The notes beneath the pieces are model-generated. The model had not been told where the DNA came from. It did no database searches and saw nothing but the letters and a program-made list of their open reading frames with translations. Made by a program: the position numbers and the translations under genes. Of a DNA stretch of 64,000 nt, positions 9,792-19,889 are shown piece after piece. The stretch covers positions 9,038 to 73,037 of the forward strand of contig JAWABL010000003.1 of the NCBI GenBank assembly GCA_038884615.1. The letters are read 5' to 3'. Numbering within the stretch: position 1 is the first letter of the stretch; every line of letters starts with the position of its first letter. This DNA is from Candidatus Woesearchaeota archaeon (lineage in GTDB: Archaea > Nanobdellota > Nanobdellia > Woesearchaeales > DSVV01).

Positions 9792-11722
9792 ACAACTTCA
9801 CCGATATCACAAGGCACAACAATTCCAACTGATCTCTGAAGTGTTTTTTTAAACGAGTCTGATTTAAGTATCTCAATGAACTTCCGCACTGATGGCTTTT
9901 GGAGACTCTCTGTGTTTACGCAAAAATCGTAGTTTTCGCCTCTTAGCGGAATAAAAAACAGGTCATAGTTTACCGCAACAGCTTTTATCGCTATACCCCA
10001 GTCTGCTTTTCCCTGTGAAATCTTAGCGGCAACTGCTGTGTGAGTGTTGGCTTCAACCTCATAGCCTTTTATCTTCTGTATCAATCTATCAAAATCAAGC
10101 TCTTTACGCTTGCATAAATTCTTTAGAATTATTTCAAGAAGCACTCGCGTCCCGCTGCCTTTGTTTCTATTGATCATTCTATACTTAAAGATAAAGTCTT
10201 CAAGCTTCTTTCCTTTTACACCTTTTCTAAAAACAATTCCTTGCTCTCTCACATAGCCGCGAATAATACTCAGGTTTCTGTGCCTTGCAATAAAGGGAAC
10301 ATTGTAGATGCCGGTCTTCTCATCAAGCAGGTGTACTCCTGCAACATCTGCCTCTCCGCGTGCAGTCGCTTCAATCCCTGCGGTGCTTCCAGCATGCATA
10401 ACCTTGTATGTGAACCCTGATTTCCCAAGCATAGACAAAGCCGGCTCAAGCATTACGCAGTGGCTTCCTATGAAAGTAATATCTACCGGAGATATATTTT
10501 CTGAAAAAAGTTTGACATCAATTAATGAGTCTTTAAGGATTGATTCTGTATTTGTAGGTATCTCAAAGAATCCATCTGCAAATGCAAATGTAGTTATTGA
10601 GCCACTGCTTTTTGATATAGGGTAGGCAAAGATTCCATATTTTCCCTTTACTAAGTTAACAAGAATAAATTCATGCTTCCTCTCGGAATATATTCTCTGT
10701 GCAATCCTAGCCTTGATATGTTTGTGGTCGTATGAGGAAAGCCCTGCCTTAGCAGTTATCAGTGGACTACAAAAAAGCATAAAGGCTATCGCAGCCGAAG
10801 ACGGAAACCCTGGAAGAACAATCACAGGCTTATTTTTTGCCATGCCAAGAACCACTGGCTTGCCCGGCTTCATTGCAACACCATGAACGATAACTTCACC
10901 GACATTTTCAAGCGCCCTGTAGCAAAGGTCGCCCTTCCCGGCAGACGTCCCGCCTGACAAGATTACCATGTCATGCTCAAGACCCTTCAAAATTAAGGAC
11001 TGAATTTCAAGCATATTGTCCCTTGCGATTCCCAAGAACCTAGGCTCTGCAAGATGCTCTCTACACATATCGCAGATGAGTGACGCATTAATATCATATA
11101 TCTTACCTATAGGCAGCTTTTTTCCATGTGGAGATATCTCGTTTCCTGTACTTATCACTGCGACTTTTGGCTTTCTAAATACCTTAACAGTACAAAAACC
11201 TTGCGCAGCAAATACAGCAGATTCCCGCGGACCTATTTTTCGGCCCTTTTGAACAAGCACTTCGCCCTTCATCATGTCAGAGCCAGCGTGCATAACATTC
11301 TCGCCTGGAACCACCGGCCGATATACATTAACATACTCTCCTTCAATTGAAGTATTTTCAACCATAACTATTGCATTTGCACCTGTAGGAATAACTGCGC
11401 CAGTTGAAATTTCAGAGCAGTACCCTTTTAAAATCGCCTTTTTAGGATTTGTGCCAGCGGCTATTTTTTCTCCTGAAAGTTTTATTTTGACTGGTGATTC
11501 TTCGTCAGCGAAAAAAGTGTCTTTCGCGTTTACCGCATAACCATCTCGAGAAGAGCGGTCAAACGGAGGAACATCAATTCTTGCTATCACATCTTCAGCA
11601 AGAACCCTACCAAGAGCGTCAGAAAGAGAAACCCGTTCGGTGCCTATAGGCTCAAGCCCCGCACTTTTAAAAAAGATTTTTTTTGCCTCATCAATCTGCA
11701 TTAAATTATGGAACTCCCTCAA
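9779..11722 (-). CDS. moeA: Molybdopterin molybdenumtransferase MoeA fused to a C-terminal periplasmic-binding-protein-like (ModA/TupA-like) domain
   Basis: The N-terminal ~400 aa carry MoeA motifs (DGYAV, ISTGNEI, GGTSAGKGD, PGKPV). The C-terminal ~240 aa resemble a PBP-type oxyanion-binding fold (GSHCVMLEP...AGVHLLDEKTGIYN). Confidence 0.82.
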   Translation of the reverse strand: MREFHNLMQIDEAKKIFFKSAGLEPIGTERVSLSDALGRVLAEDVIARIDVPPFDRSSRDGYAVNAKDTFFADEESPVKIKLSGEKIAAGTNPKKAILKGYCSEISTGAVIPTGANAIVMVENTSIEGEYVNVYRPVVPGENVMHAGSDMMKGEVLVQKGRKIGPRESAVFAAQGFCTVKVFRKPKVAVISTGNEISPHGKKLPIGKIYDINASLICDMCREHLAEPRFLGIARDNMLEIQSLILKGLEHDMVILSGGTSAGKGDLCYRALENVGEVIVHGVAMKPGKPVVLGMAKNKPVIVLPGFPSSAAIAFMLFCSPLITAKAGLSSYDHKHIKARIAQRIYSERKHEFILVNLVKGKYGIFAYPISKSSGSITTFAFADGFFEIPTNTESILKDSLIDVKLFSENISPVDITFIGSHCVMLEPALSMLGKSGFTYKVMHAGSTAGIEATARGEADVAGVHLLDEKTGIYNVPFIARHRNLSIIRGYVREQGIVFRKGVKGKKLEDFIFKYRMINRNKGSGTRVLLEIILKNLCKRKELDFDRLIQKIKGYEVEANTHTAVAAKISQGKADWGIAIKAVAVNYDLFFIPLRGENYDFCVNTESLQKPSVRKFIEILKSDSFKKTLQRSVGIVVPCDIGEVVWRK

Positions 11723-12969
11723 AATAGATTCACCTCTATGCTTTCGCCGGTGTTGTACCCCTCAACATTTTCTGGAACAACTACAACGCCACTTGCTTCT
11801 GCAACTGTTCTTAGCGCGCTAGCACCTCCAAGCCTGAAAGGTAAAACGCAGTTCCTCTCAATTTTAACTCTAACAAAGTCTGTTCTTCCTGCTTGTGATG
11901 CGATTTTTCCAGTCAGTTTGTATTTCGCCTTACGCAGATGATCAAACGGATTGAAGTCGCACCCTTGCATTTTATATATTGCCGGCCTTACAAAAGCCTC
12001 AAACCCAATGAATGCTCCTACTGGACTGCCAGGAAGAAGAAAGATAGGTTTTTTTTTAACAACACCAAACCCGGCTGGACTTGCAGGGCGCATTGAAACG
12101 CCGTGAAAAACAAGCTTGCCCTCATCCAAAACTACGATAGGCGCGAGATCTTTCTCCCCAACAGATGTACCACCAGTAATTAAGATTATATCTTCAATAC
12201 ATGAAAGAATCGCTTTCTTAATTTTTTCTTTGTCATCCTTTACAATAGGCTTTATAGAAGGCAAAGCTCCAGAATCCTTAGCAAGCGCAGCAAGCATTGG
12301 GCTGTTTGAGTCAATTGTTTTAAACGGCCGTCTCTTTCTGACAATCTCATTACCGGTTGCAATGATCGCCACCGTTGGTTTTTTGAAAACGCGAACTTGT
12401 GTCTTGTTGAGGTTTGCCAAAATGCCTATGTGTTCTGGCCTAATTTTTGTTTTTTTTCTTATTGCAACATCACCTTTTCTGAAATCATCTCCCGCATGGA
12501 TAACATTTTTGCCTGGGGGAACTGCAGCAAATACTTTCACAAGATGGTTTTTCTCCTCAGTGTATTCTGCCATAACAACTGCGTTGGCATTTTTCGGAAG
12601 CATAGCGCCAGTCATTATCTTTATAGTTGTGCCCTGCTTCAGAGCTAGCTTAACTTTTTTTCCAGGAAAGGCCTCACCTACAATAGGCAGCTCAATCGGA
12701 TTTAGAGGGGAAGCACCGAATGTATCCTCGGCGATTACAGCATAACCATCCATTGCAGAACGGCTGAAAAGAGGAATATCAAACCTAGCTACAACATCTT
12801 CCGCAAGTATTCTATTTGGCGCGTTTAATATGTCCACTACTTCGACTTCAAGCTCTGGCGTTGTTCTTTTTACTAGTAGCAAAGCGTCTTGAAAGCGCAT
12901 TTTTTTCAAAAACCCTTTCATCCTAACATCTGTTTTGTCATCTATAAAGTTTTTTGACATAAGACTCAT
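11719..12969 (-). CDS. moeA: Molybdopterin molybdenumtransferase MoeA (second, stand-alone copy)
   Basis: 416 aa with MoeA motifs (MDGYAV, IATGNEIV, GGTSVGEKD, LPGSPVG). Start/stop overlaps its neighbours (operon). Confidence 0.85.
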   Translation of the reverse strand: MSLMSKNFIDDKTDVRMKGFLKKMRFQDALLLVKRTTPELEVEVVDILNAPNRILAEDVVARFDIPLFSRSAMDGYAVIAEDTFGASPLNPIELPIVGEAFPGKKVKLALKQGTTIKIMTGAMLPKNANAVVMAEYTEEKNHLVKVFAAVPPGKNVIHAGDDFRKGDVAIRKKTKIRPEHIGILANLNKTQVRVFKKPTVAIIATGNEIVRKRRPFKTIDSNSPMLAALAKDSGALPSIKPIVKDDKEKIKKAILSCIEDIILITGGTSVGEKDLAPIVVLDEGKLVFHGVSMRPASPAGFGVVKKKPIFLLPGSPVGAFIGFEAFVRPAIYKMQGCDFNPFDHLRKAKYKLTGKIASQAGRTDFVRVKIERNCVLPFRLGGASALRTVAEASGVVVVPENVEGYNTGESIEVNLF

Positions 12970-12972
12970 GCC

Positions 12973-13512
12973 TCAACCGCAAACATGCCCAACAATATGC
13001 CCTGCCTCCGGAAGAATTAGTTTCTCAAGAGCAAGCCTGCAGGCTCTCGGACTTCCTGGGATGCAGAAAACAGCCTTACCCTTTGCTGTCCCTGCTGTTG
13101 CTCTTGAAAGCATAGCTGCGCTTCCTATTTTGTTATAGCTAGTGAGCGAAAAAAGCGCGCTGAAGGAAGAAAGCTCTTTTTCAAAAAACGGCCTTACCGC
13201 CTCAATGGTGACATCGCTTTTTGCAATCCCTGTACCACCGGTAAAGATAATTACATCTGAGTTTCCTTCACAAAGCCGGCGCAGCTCGTCTCTGATCGCC
13301 TTTTTATCGTCTTTTACAATGGAGTATGAAACAACATAGTGCCCTTCCCTGCTCACGAGTTCAGCAATAACCTTTCCGCTTATATCATTTTCCTTTGTTT
13401 TTGTCGTGCTAACAGTAACTAAAGCAAACTTAAGATGGCTCGGCGCAGAAGCCTTATGCTGTTTTGAAGTGTCCACATGCTCGCAGTTCTCTTTATCGCA
13501 CATTACTCCCAC
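12973..13512 (-). CDS. moaB: Molybdenum cofactor biosynthesis protein MoaB/MogA
   Basis: 179 aa with the FTGGTGIAKSDVT motif typical of the MogA/MoaB family. Confidence 0.85.
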   Translation of the reverse strand: MGVMCDKENCEHVDTSKQHKASAPSHLKFALVTVSTTKTKENDISGKVIAELVSREGHYVVSYSIVKDDKKAIRDELRRLCEGNSDVIIFTGGTGIAKSDVTIEAVRPFFEKELSSFSALFSLTSYNKIGSAAMLSRATAGTAKGKAVFCIPGSPRACRLALEKLILPEAGHIVGHVCG

Positions 13513-13946
13513 TTAACCTTTTTTTTGACTTGGACATCTGATATTTTTGCATGGTTGTACTGGCCCGTCACGTCCTTCTCAAGGTATTTTACCATGTCCC
13601 ATATTGTAAGAAGAGCAACTGACACACCGACAAGGGCTTCCATTTCAACGCCTGTTTTTGCGTCTGCACTGACCTCGCACATCGCCTTTATTCTATCCTT
13701 CCTAACTAAAAAGTTAAGAGAAACAAGATCAAGTTGTATGTTGTGACAGAGGGGGATAAGCAGTGAAGTCTGCTTGGCAGCATTTATCCCGGCAATCTCA
13801 GCTGCAACAAGAGGGTCACCTTTTTTTATTTTTCCTGCCCTTACAGCATCTATAGTGGTATCCTTAAGAAAGATTGAACCTACTGCAGTCGCGCTCCTTT
13901 TTACTGGCTTTTTTTGGCTTATGTCAGTCATCGCCATTTTAACCAT
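13503..13946 (-). CDS. moaC: Cyclic pyranopterin monophosphate synthase MoaC
   Basis: 147 aa with conserved MoaC core (LIPLCHNIQL...EMEALVGVSVALLTIWDM). Confidence 0.9.
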   Translation of the reverse strand: MVKMAMTDISQKKPVKRSATAVGSIFLKDTTIDAVRAGKIKKGDPLVAAEIAGINAAKQTSLLIPLCHNIQLDLVSLNFLVRKDRIKAMCEVSADAKTGVEMEALVGVSVALLTIWDMVKYLEKDVTGQYNHAKISDVQVKKKVKWE

Positions 13947-14054
13947 AATTAAAGCATCTATTCAATTCTCTTTGTACTCAGTTATTTCACTTAGATGTAC
14001 ACAATATATACATCTATGTATGTTAGTATTATCATCCACTGGATTATTCATGTA

Positions 14055-14906
14055 TTATTTAAGCGGTTTTCTGTTTGCTGGTCTGCTTTGCAAAACAGGT
14101 GCGAATGCACTTTGCTGGATAGGCACTGCTTCTTTCATCAAGCATTCTTTAATCCTGCCATCTGCGCTTATTCTTATCTTGTTGCATGACTCGCAAAACT
14201 GCGGTGATGGAGTCACAGTTTCAACAAACATTGTGCCAAAATGATAGCGTTTCCGCGCTTGCATTTTGCGCTTCTCTTGCCAGTCGCATTTTTCTGCGAG
14301 GTGCTTTTCGATATGCAAAAGAGGGAGGTGTAATCTTTGATAGTCTTCGTCGGTTACTCTACCAAGCTTTATAAGTTCTATAAGTTGCAGGTTGACATTA
14401 TACTGCATGCAAAAATCTAGCATCGGAAAAATCTCAGTATCGTTAACACCTTTCAAAACCACCATATTAAGTTTTACCTTGATATTTGCCTTTTTTGCAA
14501 AAAGTATCGCAGATTTGATGCGCTCTGTGTTTTTTGGAAGTGCTTCAGACAGACTGTCGCATCCGATATTGACTCTGTCAAGTCCTGCACGACTGAGTTG
14601 TTGTGCATATTTCGGTAACATGAGTCCATTTGTTACAAGCGAGACCTCCAAATAGCCGATTGAGTTTGCAATGCTCACTATCTGCACAATATCTTCCCTA
14701 AGCAATGGCTCTCCGCCTGTGAGTTTAAGAGTTGTTATTCCTGCGGCATTTGCAGCCTCAAGCAGACTCTTTATTTGAATAAGGCTCATCTCAGCTTCGT
14801 TTTCTACGCTGCCTTCTTTATGGCAGTAGAAACAGTCTAGGTTGCACTTTTCTGTGACGCTTAAGCGGAGGTGCGTCTTTTCCCTTCCTAAAGAGTCAAT
14901 TATCAT
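14055..14906 (-). CDS. moaA: GTP 3',8-cyclase MoaA (radical SAM)
   Basis: CNLDCFYCH radical-SAM cysteine triad, LKLTGGEPLLR and the MoaA C-terminal region. The ATG overlaps the stop of the upstream regulator (ATGA). Confidence 0.85.
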   Translation of the reverse strand: MIIDSLGREKTHLRLSVTEKCNLDCFYCHKEGSVENEAEMSLIQIKSLLEAANAAGITTLKLTGGEPLLREDIVQIVSIANSIGYLEVSLVTNGLMLPKYAQQLSRAGLDRVNIGCDSLSEALPKNTERIKSAILFAKKANIKVKLNMVVLKGVNDTEIFPMLDFCMQYNVNLQLIELIKLGRVTDEDYQRLHLPLLHIEKHLAEKCDWQEKRKMQARKRYHFGTMFVETVTPSPQFCESCNKIRISADGRIKECLMKEAVPIQQSAFAPVLQSRPANRKPLK

Positions 14907-15244
14907 TGTCTCTCCATTGCCTTCTCATACCTTGTTGTGAGCATTTTTCCGATATGAGTGAGCTTTGTTGAACCACCTGCATCTTTGCCTCCTTTACTAC
15001 TTTCAATAATCTTCCTGCCAAGGCGCTGCTCAATCCGCTTAATATAGTTGTATGCGGTCTTATAAGATATGCCAACCGCATCGGCGCTTTTTTTTAGAGA
15101 CTTTGTGATTTCAATCTCTTTCAGTAGTCTATATCTCCCTTCCCCAATAAGTGGGCAGCCGTTGTATTCAAGCCAGAACTTGTATTTTGTTTTAGTCCTA
15201 ATATTATCCGCCCCTCTTTTAATCAGGAAGTTTGCGATATGAAT
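14903..15244 (-). CDS. ModE N-terminal-like winged-helix (molybdate-responsive) regulator. No ATG/GTG/TTG start is present in frame.
   Basis: The open frame between the TAA at 15245-15247 and the TGA at 14903-14905 translates to ...KYKFWLEYNGCPLIGEGRYRLLKEIEITKSLKKSADAVGISYKTAYNYIKRIEQRLGRKIIESSKGGKDAGGSTKLTHIGKMLTTRYEKAMERQ. This closely parallels ModE-N (ISYKSAWDAINEMNQ...GGKGGGGAVLT..G..L). The frame is absent from the ORF track because no canonical start codon occurs in it. Confidence 0.55.
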   Translation of the reverse strand: MHIANFLIKRGADNIRTKTKYKFWLEYNGCPLIGEGRYRLLKEIEITKSLKKSADAVGISYKTAYNYIKRIEQRLGRKIIESSKGGKDAGGSTKLTHIGKMLTTRYEKAMERQ

Positions 15245-15326
15245 TTAAATACTTTTCGCTATGCATTAATCAATTGTGCATTAATTAATATTTTTCATAA
15301 TTTCAAAAAACACATAAAATTAGGAT

Positions 15327-17030
15327 TCAAAACCGTGGTGTATATTTTTTTAGCTGTTCATGTATCTTTTCTACATTTCCAACAAAATCAGAAAACAGAA
15401 TACTATCAAGCTTCTTACTATTTGTATTTATCATCCTTTCCAAATCTTTTACATAGCTATAGCTTTTAAAAAAATTTTTATCATTAAGTAATGCAGAATA
15501 AAGTTGAGGGCCCCATTGTTTAAGGTAGCTCAGATAATCATCAATTTCTTTTATCTGTTTCACTATTTTCTTTTTATCGTACTCCGTAGACCATGAGATA
15601 GAGAAACGATAGTCATTACGAGGCTTAGTAAGTTTTGGTGGTTCTGGATAAAAGAACTCAATTTTATAATTACCTTCAAAAGACCCTACTTTAAGTACCA
15701 ATTCAAGTTTGCTAATACGACCATATAAATTATTTTGGACTTTATAAGTAACCTTAACCTCATTTTTTCCTTTTATAAGAAGGCATGGAAACCTATTCTT
15801 AAATACTGCTTGGGGAATTCCATTAATATACAGTTCCTTTAGCAAATAAGTGAATGGAATGTTTGGGTGGGGAAAGGTTTTAATAGAGAAGGAGAGTTCT
15901 TCTTCTACATCTGTGTCGCTATTGTTCATGATGATGAAGGTACTCTCTATTTTCTTATCAATCCTGAATCTAAGCTTTCTATCAAGAAATAACCCTCTTG
16001 TGTCTGGTGTTAAAATCTTAATATTTGGTGTGATTTTCTGACCTTGCCTTTTTTGTTGGTGTCTTTGAGTTTGCTGTTGCAGAGCAGTAGTTGTTTGAGG
16101 TCGTCTTATACTTCTATCATTCTGTTTAAGATTATCTTTTTTTGTTTCAGCAGAACCTTCAGGTTTAATGGCTAGCTTGCCTTGCTTTTGAGACTCTTGC
16201 GGCGACGCTTTTAGATTTTGATTGTCAGGCATTATGTACGACGGAATTGCTTGTCTAGATGAAGGATAGTTCTCAGATTTGCTTCCGAATTTTGGAGCAT
16301 ATGAGTGTTTTAAGTAAGATTGAGGTGCGCTAGAAGCAGGTTGTTTATCGTTAAAGTCGCTTATTTTTTGAGTGGGCATAGGACTCCTTTGCTCTGGTGC
16401 GCCAAGAGGCGGCATAGGCCATTTAGCGACCTCGCTTGTTGTTGTGTCTGTAAACTTCTCAGTTACACAGATTATAATTATGATTATCCCTATTATTGAC
16501 AAAATAAGTCCGACTGCATAAAGAAGGCTTCCCATACCTGTTCTCTGTAGCCAGGCAAAGAACTGTGGGACCATTGCTTCTGACATAAGATAAACAAGTA
16601 TATAGGCGAACGCCACTGCGCATCTTGGTTTTGCTCCAAACCCAATAATAAGCTGATAGAACATAACACCGAAAAGAAGAAGTAATGCTACAATTGCTAT
16701 TGGCCAAAAATTCCCTATCCTAAATGTGCCGCCGCTTATATATTCAAAAAAAGCAACAGACAATGCAAGCAGAAGCCCTATGCCAGTTGATGCGGCGTTT
16801 CCAAGCCTGCTTTTTAAAGTAAATTTTGCAATTCCACCAAAAATTATTAGCCAAACAAGTAGGTCTATTATAAGGTAGTATTTATCATAATTAGGCCCAA
16901 ACTGAAGTTTTTCAAGAGCCTCAAAGACAGGCCGCAGTGCATTTTCTTGGGCGGAAACGACTGGAAGTGTGATTAAAACAGCAAAGAGAATCATAACAAA
17001 AGGAACTGTGTTTCTTTTCTGCTGTCGCAT
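15327..17030 (-). CDS. Membrane protein: N-terminal ~190-aa polytopic domain, a Pro/Gln/Ser-rich disordered linker and a C-terminal ~230-aa globular domain. Function unknown.
   Basis: 567-aa ORF. Hydrophobic helices in the first third, a low-complexity PQS-rich middle, and no recognisable catalytic motif. Confidence 0.6.
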   Translation of the reverse strand: MRQQKRNTVPFVMILFAVLITLPVVSAQENALRPVFEALEKLQFGPNYDKYYLIIDLLVWLIIFGGIAKFTLKSRLGNAASTGIGLLLALSVAFFEYISGGTFRIGNFWPIAIVALLLLFGVMFYQLIIGFGAKPRCAVAFAYILVYLMSEAMVPQFFAWLQRTGMGSLLYAVGLILSIIGIIIIIICVTEKFTDTTTSEVAKWPMPPLGAPEQRSPMPTQKISDFNDKQPASSAPQSYLKHSYAPKFGSKSENYPSSRQAIPSYIMPDNQNLKASPQESQKQGKLAIKPEGSAETKKDNLKQNDRSIRRPQTTTALQQQTQRHQQKRQGQKITPNIKILTPDTRGLFLDRKLRFRIDKKIESTFIIMNNSDTDVEEELSFSIKTFPHPNIPFTYLLKELYINGIPQAVFKNRFPCLLIKGKNEVKVTYKVQNNLYGRISKLELVLKVGSFEGNYKIEFFYPEPPKLTKPRNDYRFSISWSTEYDKKKIVKQIKEIDDYLSYLKQWGPQLYSALLNDKNFFKSYSYVKDLERMINTNSKKLDSILFSDFVGNVEKIHEQLKKYTPRF

Positions 17031-17142
17031 TCCATTATTTTATAGAAAAGGGATATATAAAGGTTTGCCTAAAGATGCATCCAAAGAATTAATTAATTAA
17101 AAGATTAAAAAATCAAAATACAAAAAAAGTGTAATAGTCTTT

Positions 17143-19881
17143 TCAATTTTCACAGTTTTTCCATTTTCTTATTGCTTGCAGAACCTCAGATGGAGTCGCA
17201 ATACCAGACTGCCAGATAGACATGTACGCAGAAAGTTCAGTTGTTGAGATAAAGGCATCATTATTTATGTTTGCTGGATGTACACATCTCCTTATTGCAG
17301 AAGAGTTTGTGCATGAAAACGCGCCTATGTCAGTGCCGCCTTCGCCATTACCGCATGCAGGGCTTGTGTTTTTTGGTCTTAAATCCCTCGCTAAATAATC
17401 AACAAACTGAGGATCCTTGCCTATTATATCATGCATGGCAGCTCGCGAGGTGTCTCCAGCATTGAAAAGAAGATTATAGTCGCCGGTTACATTACCGCCA
17501 TCAGACGCCCAGTAGTTTGAGCTCATATTATAAAAGATGTTATTTTTCACCATGTTCCCTGTTGAGCCTGACCTAAACCCAGCCCCATGATAGTATATAT
17601 CAACAAAGGTATTTCCGATAACAGATATATTGTATATATCATGAACACATATGCCCCAAGCGCCTCCGCCTGCAAAAACATTTTTTCTAAAAGTTAGGTT
17701 ATAAGAGTGTTTGTACCTACCAGATTCGCCCATAAACCCCTGGTGAAAATCGTAACAAGTGTTGTTCTCAACAAGGATGTTTCGTGCATGCTCCCCATTG
17801 TTATCAAATGTCTGGAAACAATCTACATGAGCAGAACCGATTTCGTTAAACTTCGTGCCGAAAAACAAGTTATTCCGCAGGGTATGATTGTCTCCGAAAA
17901 AACGCGTATAATCACAATCTCCCATAACACCATAATTATAAAGCCGTTCTATTACATTGCCTTCAACAACAACACCATCGCCAGCTATAACTATACCCAT
18001 TTGAGGCTTGTAAAGTTTATTTTCTTTTATAAGTCCGCCTGTGCCACTCATAGATATTCCAGTTGATCTTGTTTCGTGAAGATAGTTTCTTAATATTGTA
18101 ATACTTCTTCCTTGGGCAGATATGCCTCCTGTAAACTGTCCATTGCTTGTTATATTGAAACCATCTAATGTGATAAAATCGCCGTTTATGCTAAATCCTC
18201 TTACTACAGTGCTCCAGTTTTCTGCTTTTATAACAATCCGCCTGCTCTGTGTACCGCTTGTTGTGACACTAACTTTCTCGTTGTATGTCCCAGCAAAAAC
18301 AAAAACAGTCTGGCCTGGCTGAACCCTGTTGACAGCTGACTGTATGGTGGAGTATTCTTGCCAAGAAGCAGGCGTATCATCAACACAAAGGACATCAGAC
18401 TCAGAACAAAATGAATCAAACGAAACAATTGGCACATGATATTCAAATGCGCCTATATCTGGAGAGTAGCGTATGTTCCCAAGTATATCCTCATTAGGCA
18501 TGGGACCTTGTGCTGCATCTATTGCAGGACTGCTTTTGTTAAGCGTCGCAAACTCAAAGACAAGCCGTTCAAATTCCTGCCTTATTGTCCTGCTTCCGCT
18601 TTGAAAAAGAAAACTTGTTTCATCAAATACAGGCAGAACTAATTGATTAGGATAAGGAAGCAACGGATCTGCTATTATTTTTGTGTTGTCAAGCCCAGGG
18701 TTTACTGCGCCATCAAGAGGAAGAGGACTATTATTGTTCCAGAACAGGTTTCTTGAAAGAGTTAGCGTTGAAACATCAACATTTCCATAAACAGTTCCCA
18801 GCCGGTTCATTGTTCCCGTCGGGTCGCTGAATATATTATTTTGTATGTAAAAACCATGTACTTGAGGGTTATTTCCCTCTGTTCCTATCCTAAATCCGTA
18901 GGAGCTTCCGGGCATATTGCCTACAAAGGTATTTGCTCTTATTGTTATATTCTCGGCACCTTTTAACTGAACAGGTGCAGAAAAAAGATTGTAGCTGTTC
19001 CCAATAAAAAGGTTGTTTTCTATAACAGAGTTTGTTATCATAAACTCGTTATTCTCGTCCTCACCAAATTGTATAAACGCCTGGTCGCTTCTTCCATCCC
19101 AATTGAGAAAAATATTTTTATGTATCCTATACCTTGGGTTTCGCGCCGGCGTATAGGCACTAGATATGTTATGAGCCGGCACTTCTCTTTTCAAAGTAAT
19201 AAAAGACTGCGAATTTGGCGAATTTCTAGAAAAAAATATGTTTTCATAGATGTCAAGCTCGCCGGCCCTAACAGAATCAATCATATCAGAGCCTGGTGAG
19301 TCAGCAGGGTCGTAAAAAATGTTTCCTTTTATATGTATATTATGCGGATACATTAGTTCATTGCCTCTGTTTATTTTTAAAAGTTCATTGCACGTCCCAG
19401 GAGCATTATTTCCATAAACTATATTGTTTTCAAAAATTATATCTGATGCATCCTGAAAATGCACCACATAGTATGTTTCCCTGCTGTTACACTTATAGTT
19501 TGGGTGTGCATTTGTAATTATAAATCCAGAAACATTAATCTTTGCCGAGCCTTTTGTATAGATGTCAAATACATCTTCGCCATTTTCAAAATTGGTTAGC
19601 TTTGCCCGATAAGAATTTTCAGCCCTTATTGTCACCCAGTTGTCAAAAGTTCGAGTTATCACAGTTCTTCCTTTATATACTCCATCTTTTACAATTATAG
19701 TCCCTCCTGTGCTAGGGATTGACTCAACTGCATGTCCTATACTTTTCCACGGATTGGACTCAGAACCGTCTCCAACCAAGTCAGAGCCAACGGAAGAAAC
19801 ATAATATTTTTGTGCAGATACATGCTCAAGTAATAACGTCGTAAAAATAAGAAGCAGAATTATGAAGGTTCTTCTTTGCAT
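17143..19881 (-). CDS. Secreted right-handed parallel beta-helix repeat protein (pectate-lyase-fold, adhesin-like)
   Basis: 912 aa. Signal peptide (ILLLIFTTLLLEHVSA). Many degenerate beta-helix coil repeats (NNIFYN, GNTFVDIYYHGAGF, N.F..N style rungs). Confidence 0.75.
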   Translation of the reverse strand: MQRRTFIILLLIFTTLLLEHVSAQKYYVSSVGSDLVGDGSESNPWKSIGHAVESIPSTGGTIIVKDGVYKGRTVITRTFDNWVTIRAENSYRAKLTNFENGEDVFDIYTKGSAKINVSGFIITNAHPNYKCNSRETYYVVHFQDASDIIFENNIVYGNNAPGTCNELLKINRGNELMYPHNIHIKGNIFYDPADSPGSDMIDSVRAGELDIYENIFFSRNSPNSQSFITLKREVPAHNISSAYTPARNPRYRIHKNIFLNWDGRSDQAFIQFGEDENNEFMITNSVIENNLFIGNSYNLFSAPVQLKGAENITIRANTFVGNMPGSSYGFRIGTEGNNPQVHGFYIQNNIFSDPTGTMNRLGTVYGNVDVSTLTLSRNLFWNNNSPLPLDGAVNPGLDNTKIIADPLLPYPNQLVLPVFDETSFLFQSGSRTIRQEFERLVFEFATLNKSSPAIDAAQGPMPNEDILGNIRYSPDIGAFEYHVPIVSFDSFCSESDVLCVDDTPASWQEYSTIQSAVNRVQPGQTVFVFAGTYNEKVSVTTSGTQSRRIVIKAENWSTVVRGFSINGDFITLDGFNITSNGQFTGGISAQGRSITILRNYLHETRSTGISMSGTGGLIKENKLYKPQMGIVIAGDGVVVEGNVIERLYNYGVMGDCDYTRFFGDNHTLRNNLFFGTKFNEIGSAHVDCFQTFDNNGEHARNILVENNTCYDFHQGFMGESGRYKHSYNLTFRKNVFAGGGAWGICVHDIYNISVIGNTFVDIYYHGAGFRSGSTGNMVKNNIFYNMSSNYWASDGGNVTGDYNLLFNAGDTSRAAMHDIIGKDPQFVDYLARDLRPKNTSPACGNGEGGTDIGAFSCTNSSAIRRCVHPANINNDAFISTTELSAYMSIWQSGIATPSEVLQAIRKWKNCEN

Positions 19882-19889
19882 TAAGACCT

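Noticed and set aside
13947-14054. 7-bp inverted repeat AGATGTA...TACATCT in the moaA-moaC spacer, considered as a possible riboswitch or operator
   Set aside because: It is short and isolated. Moco riboswitches are bacterial and much larger, with conserved motifs that are absent here. It cannot be distinguished from chance in AT-rich DNA.
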